64,000 bases of DNA from an uncultured Blautia sp. (GCA_944380235.1 CALWHD010000097.1:28641-92640), one strand, 5' to 3'; shown: positions 39,616 to 50,711, counted from the first letter of the stretch. Numbers and translations are program-made. The notes: generated by a model from the letters alone, not told the origin.

Positions 39616-41229
39616 TTAAGACAGAGGAATATGCCTGTAATACTGGCAAGAGTTTCCTCTGACATCCGTTCCGGCTTTTTCATACCAGTTATATTCAACA
39701 GACTCCCCAGCATCCTCCCAGATTTCCGGACAATCTGTATATTCCCAGTCAGCCGGGATCTTATGTTTTTCCTGAGTAGATGCCTTCAGCATAATCTGGT
39801 GCAGCTCTTCCTTCTCTTCCTCGGTGAGCACTCCCGGTTTCGCTGAGACAAAGAGAGATGTTCCCGACTCAGCTATCACGTCAGCCCACTGCCGGTTAAG
39901 CTCCCACGGAATTTTTCCTGTGATACCTACACAGTCTGCATCAATCTCATAAAATGTCCTGTGCTGGGGAAGGCAGAACGCCAAGGTATTCACACCCATA
40001 CGGCGTGTCCTCTCCCAGGTAAAGCCGCTGGTATCGTCACCGCTCCTGTGCATGTGCATCAGTCCGGCGCCCAGATGTCCGATGGTGTTGCATCCCAGAA
40101 CCAGTGTGTCATATTTCTTTGCTTCCTCATAAATTGCTTCATAAAGCCCTTTTACGATCTCCGCGCTGGTCCTGCTCTTATCATAGAAACTCCAGCCGTC
40201 CTGAGTAGGATAAGGATTCATCTCCAGTCCCCAGCGGCCAAAGAGATCGAAGGTAGTAAAGTCATGTTTGATCAGCGTATAACCCCACTGGCAGATCCTC
40301 TCTACGTCCTTTTTAATATAGGCAAGCGCATCGGGATGAGAAGGATCCAGACAGCCATTATGGGAAATCCTCCACTCCTGAGGTATCTGATCATCCTCAT
40401 TTAACAGAAATCTCACCCAGATACCCGGACGCACTCCTTTTTGCACTAATTTTTCTGCCAAAGCTTTCATATCCGGGAACTTGCTGTTTCCCTTTCTCCA
40501 TGGTCCGCCGTTGTAATCATTGAGCCTGTGGTGCTCCTGCCAGCAGTCATCAATAACCATATACGGAGGATTTTCAGCGCCCTTTGTCAGTTCCAGGAGA
40601 TAATCTGTATCCTTTAAGATTTCTTCCTCAGAGCTGTCTCCGTAAGCATAATACCAGTTATTGCTTCCGTATACCGGAAAAGAGGGCAGGATAGGATCTG
40701 TACACATGCAGCGGCAAAATTCTCTGGCAGCTTCAAAAGAACTGCATCCTTTTGCTTCCATACATACAATCTGCGCTGCCTGAAGTTTTCTTCCCTTCAG
40801 CTCCACGCCTGACCCTCCGCATCTTACGTCTAAAAACAATGTAATTCCCCTTGTATCCGCCTGCCAGAAGCACATGGCAGAAGGACGTACTTTCACTCCA
40901 TATCCTCTGTAGGTTCCTTCACACGAAGTCAGGAAAAACCAGGGCATAAAAGCATTGGCACTCATGCCCGTCCACTGGGTATCCCCGTAGGTTCTCTCCC
41001 AGGTGCTTCCCAGGATCCTGGACTTTCTGTCTGCTGGAACGGGAAAACGCAGACGAATCGTCTTCACCGCAGCAGCCTCTGCCTTTACCGAAATCTTTCC
41101 ATTTTCTACTTCCACACAGACATCTCCGTCTGTCCATCCGGTTCCCTCAAATTCTGAAGTCTGCATCTTTTCTTCTGTCTCCACCGTAATATAAGAGGGT
41201 TTTCCTAATTCTATTATTTTTTTCTGCAT
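39616..41229 (-). CDS. Divergent clan GH-D (GH36/GH27-like) glycoside hydrolase
   Basis: NNWY, IDDCWQ, KFPDM, LDPSHP, IKHDF (nucleophile Asp), RSGDD (acid/base), DADC; start uncertain (41229 or 41241). Confidence 0.78.
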   Translation of the reverse strand: MQKKIIELGKPSYITVETEEKMQTSEFEGTGWTDGDVCVEVENGKISVKAEAAAVKTIRLRFPVPADRKSRILGSTWERTYGDTQWTGMSANAFMPWFFLTSCEGTYRGYGVKVRPSAMCFWQADTRGITLFLDVRCGGSGVELKGRKLQAAQIVCMEAKGCSSFEAAREFCRCMCTDPILPSFPVYGSNNWYYAYGDSSEEEILKDTDYLLELTKGAENPPYMVIDDCWQEHHRLNDYNGGPWRKGNSKFPDMKALAEKLVQKGVRPGIWVRFLLNEDDQIPQEWRISHNGCLDPSHPDALAYIKKDVERICQWGYTLIKHDFTTFDLFGRWGLEMNPYPTQDGWSFYDKSRTSAEIVKGLYEAIYEEAKKYDTLVLGCNTIGHLGAGLMHMHRSGDDTSGFTWERTRRMGVNTLAFCLPQHRTFYEIDADCVGITGKIPWELNRQWADVIAESGTSLFVSAKPGVLTEEEKEELHQIMLKASTQEKHKIPADWEYTDCPEIWEDAGESVEYNWYEKAGTDVRGNSCQYYRHIPLS

Positions 41230-41245
41230 AGTTCTCTCCATGTCT

Positions 41246-42154
41246 CTATAAACCAATCCGGGTTTCGAACTCACCCTTTTCCGAACAGATCAGAAGCTCA
41301 TCTTCCATTCCTCTGTAGTCTTTTGGACTTACCTTATAATATTTCTTAAACATCTTGGAAAAAGCAAGCTGATCCGAATATCCTACCGCGCCCGCCACGG
41401 AGCTGATAGGCATATCCGTTTTCCGAAGCAGGGACTGCGCTTTTTCCATGCGCAGCTTTACAAGAAATTCCTGGGGCGAACATCCCATAGATTTTCTGAA
41501 ACTGCTGGTGAGATAACTTCTGCTCACCCCTATATAGCTGGCAAGATCATTGATCTTGATCTTCTCACTGTAATGTTCCGATATATAATCTACAGCATAC
41601 TTAACATATACGGAACCCGGATAAAAATGAGAGTTTCCCGGCACTTTCTTTTTATAATCCGAGATCAGCGCTGCAAAGAACATCATCAGATAAGCTTTCC
41701 TCATCAGGTCACATTCATAGGAAAGCTGATATTCCTCCAGAATCCCGTCCACACATTCGGCCAGACGTGGGATGCACTCTACCCTGCGCACAGGTTGCTG
41801 CAGGGAAAATCCAGCATTGTCTATAAATTCTCTTGCCTTCACGCCATTGAATCCCACCCACATATAGCACCACGGATCTTTCTCATCTGCCTGATACCAC
41901 GCTTCCTCATCCGCCTGGATCATAAAGGCATCTCCTGCCTTTAATTCATAAACCTTATTATTGATTTCCAGCCGTCCAAGACCACTTTTTACCACATGAA
42001 GCACATGGGTATTTCTCTTGTTGGGACCGAATCTATGTCCTGGATCGCAGTATTCCCAGCCGCAGTAGATCAAACTGAGTTCCACAGATTCTCCCTGTAT
42101 ATCTTCCAGGCATTTAAACTTTGCCGAACTTGTGTAGCCCGTCACACGTTCCAT
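41246..42154 (-). CDS. AraC-family transcriptional regulator (MsmR-like)
   Basis: N-terminal cupin (CGWEYC, GP, PW-YMWVGF) and C-terminal double HTH (VGYSDQLAFSKMFKK...SP). Confidence 0.93.
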   Translation of the reverse strand: MERVTGYTSSAKFKCLEDIQGESVELSLIYCGWEYCDPGHRFGPNKRNTHVLHVVKSGLGRLEINNKVYELKAGDAFMIQADEEAWYQADEKDPWCYMWVGFNGVKAREFIDNAGFSLQQPVRRVECIPRLAECVDGILEEYQLSYECDLMRKAYLMMFFAALISDYKKKVPGNSHFYPGSVYVKYAVDYISEHYSEKIKINDLASYIGVSRSYLTSSFRKSMGCSPQEFLVKLRMEKAQSLLRKTDMPISSVAGAVGYSDQLAFSKMFKKYYKVSPKDYRGMEDELLICSEKGEFETRIGL

Positions 42155-42244
42155 AGCAATTCCTCCTCCCCTGTATTTCTATACTGTCTCTTTGATTTGT
42201 CATGAGGGGGAAGCCGGAGTGCCCGGCATTCCGTCATCTTTCAA

Positions 42245-44506
42245 TTAATCTGCCTCTTTTACAAGGAACAGCAGCGCCGCAAAATCTCCGCCTTTTCTTG
42301 TAAGATATTTCCTGCTCACAGGAATTCCCGCATACATCAGTTCATCTCCGTATGCACAGTAAGTGAGAACTTCTTCCTTTTCCTTCTTTCCGGTGCAGAC
42401 TGCCGCAGACACATCACAGCTTACTTCATAAAGCTTGTCTTTATCCAGTCCCTGAAGGCGGAGACGGAACCAGGATGCATTTACCTTGTTCAGCTTCTGA
42501 TAAAGTGCAGCAATAGACTGCTTTTTATCCTGAGACACAACCTGCCATGCTGTCTCATTTCCTTCAAAAGGACTTAACAGCCTGTAGAAATCTCCGTCCA
42601 CCTGAATCAGTTCTCTATATTTTTTCATAAACTCGATCTGCTTCTTAACTTCTTCCATCTCTTCATCGGACAGAAGATTTAAGTCCAGCTCATAGCCAAA
42701 GGTACCAAAGTATGCCACTGCTGCCCTGGTCTCAATAGGTGTGGTGCGGAAAAGCTGATGGTTAGGCACTGCAGACACATGAGAACCCATGCTGACAACC
42801 GGATATACATAGGATGTACCGTACTGGATCTTTGTCCTCTCATTGGCATCTGTATCATCACTGGTCCATGTCTGAGGTGCGAAATACAGCATACCCGGAT
42901 CGAACCTTGCCCCGCCGCTGGCGCAGGATTCAAATAAGATGTCCGGAAACTCTGTTGTCAGTCTTGTATACAGGTCATACACTCCAAGCATGTATTTATG
43001 CATCACTTTGCCCTGCTCTGAAGGCTCAGACGTTCTGCTGTACGGCTCTGTCATATAGCGGTTCATATCCCATTTGATATAGGAAATAGAAGACTCCCGG
43101 ATGACTTTGGAGATCATCTCATAGATGTAATCCACCACTTCTTTTCTGGAGAAGTCCAGTACATGCTGATGTCTTGCATGACTTTCGAATCTTTCAGGAA
43201 CACCGATAACCCAATCCGGATGAGCACGGTAAAGATCACTGTCTTTATTCACCATCTCCAGCTCTACCCAAAGACCAAATTTGAGTCCCATCTCTTCCAC
43301 CTTACGGGAAAGCCCGGAAATACCGCCGGGCAGTTTTTCCAGGTTTACATACCAGTCGCCCAGACCTCTGTAATCGTCATTTCTTGCGCCGAACCATCCG
43401 TCATCCAGGACAAACAGTTCCACGCCTGCCTCTTTTGCTTTCTTTACAATATTTAAGATTTTTTCCTCATTAAAATCAAAATAGGTTGCCTCCCAGTTGT
43501 TCAGCAGAATGGGACGTGCCAGATCTCTCCACTTTCCTCTCATAAGACGCTTTCTGTACAGCCTGTGGTAAACCTGACTCATCTTATTTAGTCCCTGATC
43601 ACTGTATACCATAACGGTTTCAGGAGTCTGGAAGGATTCCCCTTTCTTTAATTCCCAGGCAAAGTCTTCCGGATTAATTCCCACCATAACCCTTGTCATG
43701 TCAAAGGTGGAAACTTCTGTCTGCATAAGGAAGTTTCCGCTGTAAACAAAACTGAATCCATAAACTTCCCCTGCGTTTTCTGTAGCGTCCGGACGTTTCA
43801 GTGCCATAAACGGATTGTGTTCCGCACCGCTGCAGGTACCGTTCAGACTCTGAATTGCCTGAATGCCCATTTCCAGTTTTCTGTCTTTTACATATCTTTC
43901 TCTTGACCAGGCTCCTGCAAGATGGATCATATCAAAATCCATATCAGAAAACTCCACGCTGGCGCTCATAGCACGCTCCAGCACAATTTTTTCTTCTCCT
44001 TTATGCTCAAAACGGGCATTTCTTGCGATCACAGGATAATCTTCAAAAATTGTATAGGAGAGGATCAAATCGGTATCCATCACTTCATCATGGAGTGTGA
44101 TCTCCAATGTCTGGGCTTCGCTGTCCTCCTCCGTATACACTGCCGGAAGAGGCTCCAGAGACGGTTTGCCTTCTGTAATTTTATGCCCTGCATAGACAAA
44201 ATTCACGATCTTGCTCCCGTTTTCCTGACGGATGCAAAGTGCCGGGCTTCTATAATCTCCTGTTCCATATACAGGATATTCCTGTCTGGTATACTGCATG
44301 GACAAAATTCCCGGTTCCGGTACGCAGACAGACATCTGAGAACGCATCTCTTCCTCATGGAAACGCCCGAAATCTTCTCTGTCCCGGATTGCCTTTCCAT
44401 AATACAGGTTTTCCATCTGACCGTTCTCCATAATTCCCATAATATAGCTTACTTCCCTGTTAAAAAGATGAAACTGTTTTGAATTTTCATGAAAAATAAC
44501 TGCCAT
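42245..44506 (-). CDS. Alpha-galactosidase GH36
   Basis: LNNWEATYFDF, FVLDDGWFG, GLWVELEM, YIKWDMNR, CASGGARFD, WTSDDTD. Confidence 0.97.
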   Translation of the reverse strand: MAVIFHENSKQFHLFNREVSYIMGIMENGQMENLYYGKAIRDREDFGRFHEEEMRSQMSVCVPEPGILSMQYTRQEYPVYGTGDYRSPALCIRQENGSKIVNFVYAGHKITEGKPSLEPLPAVYTEEDSEAQTLEITLHDEVMDTDLILSYTIFEDYPVIARNARFEHKGEEKIVLERAMSASVEFSDMDFDMIHLAGAWSRERYVKDRKLEMGIQAIQSLNGTCSGAEHNPFMALKRPDATENAGEVYGFSFVYSGNFLMQTEVSTFDMTRVMVGINPEDFAWELKKGESFQTPETVMVYSDQGLNKMSQVYHRLYRKRLMRGKWRDLARPILLNNWEATYFDFNEEKILNIVKKAKEAGVELFVLDDGWFGARNDDYRGLGDWYVNLEKLPGGISGLSRKVEEMGLKFGLWVELEMVNKDSDLYRAHPDWVIGVPERFESHARHQHVLDFSRKEVVDYIYEMISKVIRESSISYIKWDMNRYMTEPYSRTSEPSEQGKVMHKYMLGVYDLYTRLTTEFPDILFESCASGGARFDPGMLYFAPQTWTSDDTDANERTKIQYGTSYVYPVVSMGSHVSAVPNHQLFRTTPIETRAAVAYFGTFGYELDLNLLSDEEMEEVKKQIEFMKKYRELIQVDGDFYRLLSPFEGNETAWQVVSQDKKQSIAALYQKLNKVNASWFRLRLQGLDKDKLYEVSCDVSAAVCTGKKEKEEVLTYCAYGDELMYAGIPVSRKYLTRKGGDFAALLFLVKEAD

Positions 44507-44721
44507 GTTTCTTCCTCCTTATACTCAGTTTTCCTTTGTTTTCCACTGCTTTGATTATAAAATCAAATTAGATAAGTTTCTATCGTGTTTTGTAGATTAA
44601 AATTGTAAGTTTGTTGCAAACATCACCTGATGCTCTATACGCAAAAAACCGGTACAGGCATTTGCTGCACCGGCTTCGCGCACATATACGTTTAAACAAT
44701 TCACGCCGAAATTTCTATGTA

Positions 44722-45552
44722 TTACAATTTACCACCGCTGGTAGCAATACCTTCAATGAACTGTTTCTGGAAAAGAAGATAAATAATGATCATAGGCAGA
44801 CATGCGATCAGAGATGCTGCCATCAGTTCCGGATACTTGGATGCGTACTGTCCCTGCATTTTAGCCAGTGCAGAAGAAAGTACCAGCATGTTCTTATCTG
44901 TATTGATGATCATCGGCCACATCAGGTCTTTGAATGCGAATACGGCTGTAAAGATACCTAACGCAACCATGGAAGATCTTGTCAGCGGAGCCATAATAAA
45001 CAGGAAAGTCTGTCCGATATTACATCCGTCCAGTCTGGCTGCCTCTTCCAGGTCTTTTGGAAGTCCCATATATGCCTGCCTCAGCAGGAAGGTACCAAAC
45101 GCAGTAACCAGACCCGGGAATACCAGGGCAAAAATAGTATTTGCTAAATTAAGCTTTGTGATCATCAGGTACTGAGGAATGATGAAGATCTGAGCCGGAA
45201 CCATCATCTGGAAAAGTACCAGGCCAAAAGCAAGTCCTTTGCCCTTGAAATTCAGTCTTCCTAAAGCATAACCTGCAAGGGTTGCGGTCAGAACCGCTGC
45301 TACGATTCTGAAGAAAATCATCAGAAGCGTATTTTTATACAACATAAAGAAGTTCATGTTGTTGATAACAGTTGTAAAGTTTTCCCACTGCCATTCCTTT
45401 GGAAAGATAACAAAAGGATTGACCTGTGTGGATTCTGATACGGTCTTGAATGCAGTCAGGATCATCCATGCAAATGGAACCAGCATGGTGATGGATACAA
45501 GAATCAAAACCACATGTATCACAACTGACATTATTTTCTTTCTCGTTTCCAT
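44722..45552 (-). CDS. Carbohydrate ABC transporter permease
   Basis: EEAARLDG motif, WP, FQKQFIEG. Confidence 0.95.
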   Translation of the reverse strand: METRKKIMSVVIHVVLILVSITMLVPFAWMILTAFKTVSESTQVNPFVIFPKEWQWENFTTVINNMNFFMLYKNTLLMIFFRIVAAVLTATLAGYALGRLNFKGKGLAFGLVLFQMMVPAQIFIIPQYLMITKLNLANTIFALVFPGLVTAFGTFLLRQAYMGLPKDLEEAARLDGCNIGQTFLFIMAPLTRSSMVALGIFTAVFAFKDLMWPMIINTDKNMLVLSSALAKMQGQYASKYPELMAASLIACLPMIIIYLLFQKQFIEGIATSGGKL

Positions 45553-45566
45553 GAAATCCCCTCCTT

Positions 45567-46466
45567 CTAGTTATAGTATACCCATTTCTTCTGGGCGATC
45601 ATCTGGAATACTGTAAGGATCATGATGACTACCAGAAGGAATACAACGATCGTGGAACCATAACCCATGTTTTTCTCTACAAAGGACGCATCGTAGAACA
45701 GGTATACCAAAGACTGAGTCTTTTCCAGTGCGGGATTTCCACGTTCCATAACCATATAGATTAAATCGAATACCTGAAGTCCGCCGATGACTCTTGTAAC
45801 ACATACAAAGAAGATGGTCGGGGAAATCAGCGGAATGGTGATGCTGAAAAACTGACGCACACCGCTGGCGCCGTCGATGGAAGCCGCCTCATAATAATCA
45901 TGAGGTACTTCCTGAAGTCCTGCCAGGAACAGAACCATGTTATAACCGATGATAGACCATACACCGATCACTGCGATACAGTATACTGCAGTCTTTGGAT
46001 TGGATACCCATTTAATATCTGTATGGAAGATATGGTTCAGAAGACCAAACTCTGAGTTGTAAAGCCATCTCCATACCATAGCAACAGCAGCCGGTGCACA
46101 GACCATAGGAAGGAAGAAGATCGCTCTGTATACGGAACGTCCTTTCATTTTTCTGTTCAGGAGAACAGCAAGCACCAAAGCGATCGCAATGGAGAAAGGA
46201 ACTTCTACAATCGCATATTTGAAGGTATTCAAAAGAGCCTGCCAGATCTCACCGTCTGTAAGCATTTTGACATAGTTGTCAAGTCCCACGAACTTGTCAC
46301 CGATACCAAAGTCACCGGTTTTATAAAAACTCTGTCTGATGGTATCAATAATCGGGTAAATATTCAATACGATCAGACCGATCATTGTAGGCAAAACAAA
46401 CAACCAGCCCCATATAAACTCATTGCGAGCCTGGGCTGTTTTCTTTACTTTATTCTTTCCAGCCAT
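45567..46466 (-). CDS. Carbohydrate ABC transporter permease
   Basis: FVGLDNY, FFLP, YEAASIDGA, ITIPLISP. Confidence 0.95.
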   Translation of the reverse strand: MAGKNKVKKTAQARNEFIWGWLFVLPTMIGLIVLNIYPIIDTIRQSFYKTGDFGIGDKFVGLDNYVKMLTDGEIWQALLNTFKYAIVEVPFSIAIALVLAVLLNRKMKGRSVYRAIFFLPMVCAPAAVAMVWRWLYNSEFGLLNHIFHTDIKWVSNPKTAVYCIAVIGVWSIIGYNMVLFLAGLQEVPHDYYEAASIDGASGVRQFFSITIPLISPTIFFVCVTRVIGGLQVFDLIYMVMERGNPALEKTQSLVYLFYDASFVEKNMGYGSTIVVFLLVVIMILTVFQMIAQKKWVYYN

Positions 46467-46534
46467 ACACAGCCACCCCTTTTTCTTTTTGGAACAGCAG
46501 GCAGATTCCTGAGAATCTGCCTGCCGAAAACTAC

Positions 46535-47827
46535 TTATTCATTTTCTTCTGCCAGAGTTTCATTCATAACTTCTGCTGCATTCTTGCACGCTTCTTCCAT
46601 GCTGACTTCCTGAGTCCAGCCTTTCTTCATTTCTTCATTTACCGCATTTTCCCAGGTAACAGTCTGTTTGGAGTATGGTCTGATAACCATGTCATCCATC
46701 ATGTTCAGATATGCCTGCAGATTGAAGTCTGCTGAACTTGCCCATGCATCAGATGTACCTTCGTAAGCAGACATTGTAACACCAAGTTCTGCCTGTTTGA
46801 TCTGAGCTTCTTCAGAGCCAAGGTATTCGATCAGCTGCCATGCTTCATCCGGCATGTCTGTATTTGCAGAAGCTGTCCATCCGAGACCATTGTAAATGGA
46901 AACTCTCTTGCCTGTAGCTGCATCTTTCGGAAGTTCTACACAGTCACAGTTTGCTGCAATGTATTCATTCTCTTTCATAGCTGCCAGCATCCAGGAACCC
47001 TGTGTTGTCATAGCGATGGTTCCTGCTCCCAGAAGAACATCTTCTGCTGATTCAGACATTGTCTCCTGGCTTGGCATGATGCCTTCCTGGATCATCTTCT
47101 CAAAATACTGCATTGCTTTGATGGTATTAGGATCATCCCATCCTGATGCTGTCTTGTCATCATTGATAACATAGCCGCCCATATCGTAGATCAGGTTGTA
47201 GTATCCTGCCTGGTTGTTGGTAGCGGAGCATGCAAATCCGTAAACATCATCTGTTGTCAGAGCTTTTGCTGCTTCATACAGGTCATCCCATGTCCAGTCA
47301 GCGGTAGGATATTCCAGACCTGCTTCGTCAAACATAGTCTTATTGTACCACAGCGCGATGGTATCTACGTCTTTCGGCACTGCGTAATATTTGTCTTCAT
47401 AGGAATACAGATTTACGATATCTTCCGGATATTTTGTCATATCGATCTTATCGCTCTCTGCAATTTTATCTGTCAGATCCAGAAGCATGCCGTTAGACAT
47501 ATATCTTTCAGCTTCGTTGGAGTGCATCCAGAATACATCCGGCATGGAATCGCCCTGTGCACCTGCAGAAAGCAATGTCCAGTACTCGTCCCATTTTACC
47601 ATCTGAACTTCTGTCTCGATGCCTGTCTCTGCTGTAAAGTCTGCCAGGATTTCTTCGATACCCGGCTGCTGGTTTGCATCCCACAGCATTACAGATAACG
47701 TGCCGTCACCGCCGCTGCTTCCGCTGTCTCCACTGTCGCTGCTTCCGCCTGATCCTCCTCCGCAGGCTGCCAGAGAGAACGCCATCAATCCAGCCAGTAA
47801 AATCGCTGATACTTTCTTAAATTTCAT
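46535..47827 (-). CDS. Sugar ABC transporter substrate-binding lipoprotein
   Basis: Lipobox LAAC, PDVF, YAVP, WYNKTMFDEAG, WTWDD. Confidence 0.95.
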   Translation of the reverse strand: MKFKKVSAILLAGLMAFSLAACGGGSGGSSDSGDSGSSGGDGTLSVMLWDANQQPGIEEILADFTAETGIETEVQMVKWDEYWTLLSAGAQGDSMPDVFWMHSNEAERYMSNGMLLDLTDKIAESDKIDMTKYPEDIVNLYSYEDKYYAVPKDVDTIALWYNKTMFDEAGLEYPTADWTWDDLYEAAKALTTDDVYGFACSATNNQAGYYNLIYDMGGYVINDDKTASGWDDPNTIKAMQYFEKMIQEGIMPSQETMSESAEDVLLGAGTIAMTTQGSWMLAAMKENEYIAANCDCVELPKDAATGKRVSIYNGLGWTASANTDMPDEAWQLIEYLGSEEAQIKQAELGVTMSAYEGTSDAWASSADFNLQAYLNMMDDMVIRPYSKQTVTWENAVNEEMKKGWTQEVSMEEACKNAAEVMNETLAEENE

Positions 47828-48273
47828 GGTAACTCCTCCTTTAATCTCTGTTTTTGTTAAAAATAACAGGTTTGTTAAAAACCTTCGTCATTTTAACTTA
47901 ATATTACTTCATCACGGCCGTTTTCCTTATTATAATTGCATATAGAAAAATGGAAAATGGTATTCTGTCTTTTAAATATGGAAAAATGTTGTTTATTATA
48001 TAATTCGCACATTCATAGCGCATTTTTCAGTGTTTTTGTTATCATTTTAACGTATATATTTTTTATCATTTGTGTCATTTTCCTATTTTTACAACACTTT
48101 TATAAACTTTATTATATTCACTTTAGCGCTTTCCAGTCCTTTTCTTCCATATTTAGTTTACATTTTTCCTGTTTATAATCTATTTTTTCCATTTCTTTTT
48201 TTTCCGTTCAGTGTTACAATTTTAAAATACCTGTAAATTACACAAATTTAATGCCGCAGAAAGGAAGTTATAT

Positions 48274-49008
48274 ATGAATCCGTTAAATGAGAACAGTATC
48301 TTCAATATTATTTTCAACAAACTGGGGGATATTATTATTGCCAATCTTCTCTTTCTTGTATGTTCCATCCCCCTGGTCACCATAGGTCCCTCTCTCACTG
48401 CCCTTTATCACTGCACCCTGCGTATTGTAAAGGGAAATAATCCGGGAACAGTCAAAACCTTTTTCCGGGCTTTTAAAGAAAATTTCCGTCAGTCTCTTAT
48501 TGTCTGGCTTGGATTTCTTGCCATCCTTGTGGTGCTGATACTGAACATCCGGTTTCTTCTCTCCCGAAACAGTTCTTCCGGGCAGATGTTCCTGTATCTT
48601 TCCATGGCAGTAGTGGCATTTGCAGTCATTGGCGCACTGTACATATTTCCTGTGATCGCTGCATTTTCTAACACATTAAAAAACCTGCTGCGCAATGCCT
48701 ATATTTTTGCATTTATGCATTTTCCTTCTACTATCGCCATCGCAGTAATTTCCATCCTTCCTATGTATATGACCTACCAGGACCTGGAGCTGCTTCCTTT
48801 ATATGCGTTCTGCTGGTTTTTCTTCGGCTTCGGTCTGACTGCAGAAATAAATTCCTATCTCTTTTACCGCATGTTCAAACCATATCTCGATTCAGAAGAT
48901 GAACCCGGTGCCGACGGCAGAGAATACGAAGAGGCCGGACCTCTCAAAGAAATCTCTGCCAAAGAATCCCAGATACCGGAAAACCACTCTTCAGGCGGAC
49001 AGGAATAA
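48274..49008 (+). CDS. YesL/DUF624 family membrane protein
   Basis: NLLFLVCSIPLVTIGP, FFRAFKENFRQS, YIFP; divergent from the sugar ABC operon. Confidence 0.88.
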   Translation: MNPLNENSIFNIIFNKLGDIIIANLLFLVCSIPLVTIGPSLTALYHCTLRIVKGNNPGTVKTFFRAFKENFRQSLIVWLGFLAILVVLILNIRFLLSRNSSSGQMFLYLSMAVVAFAVIGALYIFPVIAAFSNTLKNLLRNAYIFAFMHFPSTIAIAVISILPMYMTYQDLELLPLYAFCWFFFGFGLTAEINSYLFYRMFKPYLDSEDEPGADGREYEEAGPLKEISAKESQIPENHSSGGQE

Positions 49009-49041
49009 CTGCACAAGGCTGCCAGGTGCATCACATGCAGC

Positions 49042-49100
49042 AAAAAAGGAACCTCCTCACAGTCTGTTTCTTTTCAGACTGCCGGAGGTTCCTCTTTTAT
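49042..49100. terminator. Bidirectional terminator
   Basis: AAAAAAGGAACCTCC...GGAGGTTCCTCTTTT. Confidence 0.7.
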
Positions 49101-49187
49101 TTCTTTAAACAGTACAGCTTGGCGCTGTGTGCCTTCATGTCCATCCCATGGGCGGAGTCAGAGTAAACTCATTTTTATCGCCGTATT

Positions 49188-50558
49188 CTATCTGATCTTC
49201 TTTAAATTCTCCGTGGTAAGTATCTTCTTAATGTTAAAGACAAACAACAGGCTGGCGATCAGTGCGGATGACGTATCGGCAATGGGCTCTGCGTAGTAAA
49301 CGCCTCTGACGCCAAAAAAGTTGGGAAGGATCAAAGCCAGCGGGACCAGAAGGATCACCTTCCTTAAAAGGGCAATAAAAAGAGAAATTTTTGCCTGTCC
49401 CAGTCCCAGGAAAGTGGGCTGGATACCGTTCTGAAGACCAAAGATCAGCATTCCCGCCATAAAGGTAGGCATCACTCTCCCCACCAGTGCGATCAGCTCC
49501 TGGTCACTGGTAAACATCCCCGCATACAATTCCGGAAACAGAATAGCAGAAGACGCTGTGGCCAGAGAGATCAAAAAACTTCCGCCGATCATATAACGAT
49601 AAGTTGTCCGGACTCTGTCAAACCTGCCCGCTCCAAAGTTGTAGCTGACAATGGGCTGTACTCCCTGGGTAAATCCGGACAGGGGCGCAGAAAACAGCTG
49701 CATCACACTCTGCATGATCGTGATAGACCCCACATACAGATCACCGCCGAACTTCTGAAGCTGATGGTTCAGCACAATGGAGATCAGACTTTCTGTGGAC
49801 CGCATGATAAAAGGCGAGATACCCAAAGAAAAAATTTTGCCTGCTGTAAGAAAATCCGGACGGATACAGGAAACCTTGATCCTGAGAGAAGCGTCCTTTC
49901 CCATAAGCGCTTTGACATTCCACGCCGCACTGACAATCTGAGAGAGAACCGTGGCAATGGCTGCCCCCTTTACGCCCATGTGAAATACAAAAATAAACAC
50001 CGGATCCAGCACAATATTGATCACAGCTCCGATGACAATGGACATCATGGCAGTTCTGGAACGTCCCTGGGCAATGATAAAGGGATTCAGCCCAAGCGCC
50101 AGCTGTACAAATACCGTTCCCCCAAGATAAATAGACAAATAATCCAAAGCATATCCTATGGTGGCGTCGCTGGCTCCAAAAGCATAAAGCAGAGGTCTCT
50201 GGAAGATATAAAACACTGTCATGAGGATGATCGAAAATCCAAACAGCATAAATACTCCTGTCCCCAGAATCTTCTCTGCGTGAGCTTTGTCTCCTTTTCC
50301 CATAAAGATAGACGCCAGCGGCGCGCCTCCCGTCCCCACAAACGCAGAAAACGCAGAAATCAGGGTAATGATAGGAAACGTAAGCCCGACTCCTGTGAGG
50401 GCAGCAGCGCCCACACCTGAAATATGGCCTATGTAAATTCTGTCAACAATGTTATATAAAATATTGATCACCTGGGCAATGACAGACGGCACAGCCATAG
50501 ACAGCATCAGCCGTGATATCTTCTCCGTACCCATGATTTTTTCATCTGTTGTATTCAA
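49188..50558 (-). CDS. MATE family efflux transporter (MepA-like)
   Basis: TTG start after GAGGGG; LYNIVDRIYIG, NIVLDPVFIF, GVKGAAIAT, QPIVSYNFGAG. Confidence 0.92.
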   Translation of the reverse strand: MNTTDEKIMGTEKISRLMLSMAVPSVIAQVINILYNIVDRIYIGHISGVGAAALTGVGLTFPIITLISAFSAFVGTGGAPLASIFMGKGDKAHAEKILGTGVFMLFGFSIILMTVFYIFQRPLLYAFGASDATIGYALDYLSIYLGGTVFVQLALGLNPFIIAQGRSRTAMMSIVIGAVINIVLDPVFIFVFHMGVKGAAIATVLSQIVSAAWNVKALMGKDASLRIKVSCIRPDFLTAGKIFSLGISPFIMRSTESLISIVLNHQLQKFGGDLYVGSITIMQSVMQLFSAPLSGFTQGVQPIVSYNFGAGRFDRVRTTYRYMIGGSFLISLATASSAILFPELYAGMFTSDQELIALVGRVMPTFMAGMLIFGLQNGIQPTFLGLGQAKISLFIALLRKVILLVPLALILPNFFGVRGVYYAEPIADTSSALIASLLFVFNIKKILTTENLKKIR

Positions 50559-50657
50559 ACGAATCCCCTCCTGCCGGCAAAATAAATATTCAGCTTTTTT
50601 GCCTTTCTCTTCTATAGTAATATAGAAACTTCTGATCTTCAACCTATTTCCTGTACA

Positions 50658-50698
50658 AAAAATAAGGCATCGTGCTTTCGTACGCACAATGCCTTTTT
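50658..50698 (-). terminator. Terminator of the 50-aa small ORF
   Basis: Minus strand AAGGCATTGTGC-GTACGAAA-GCACGATGCCTT-ATTTTT. Confidence 0.7.
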
Positions 50699-50711
50699 CC
50701 TTTTTTCAGGC

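Noticed and set aside
39495-39713. 72-aa minus-strand ORF
   Set aside because: Overlaps the end of the GH-D gene, with no convincing RBS or motif.
44550-44567. TTTGATTATAAAATCAAA inverted repeat as a second FabT site
   Set aside because: It overlaps the likely -10 of the alpha-galactosidase gene and has no link to fatty-acid metabolism; too weak to assign.
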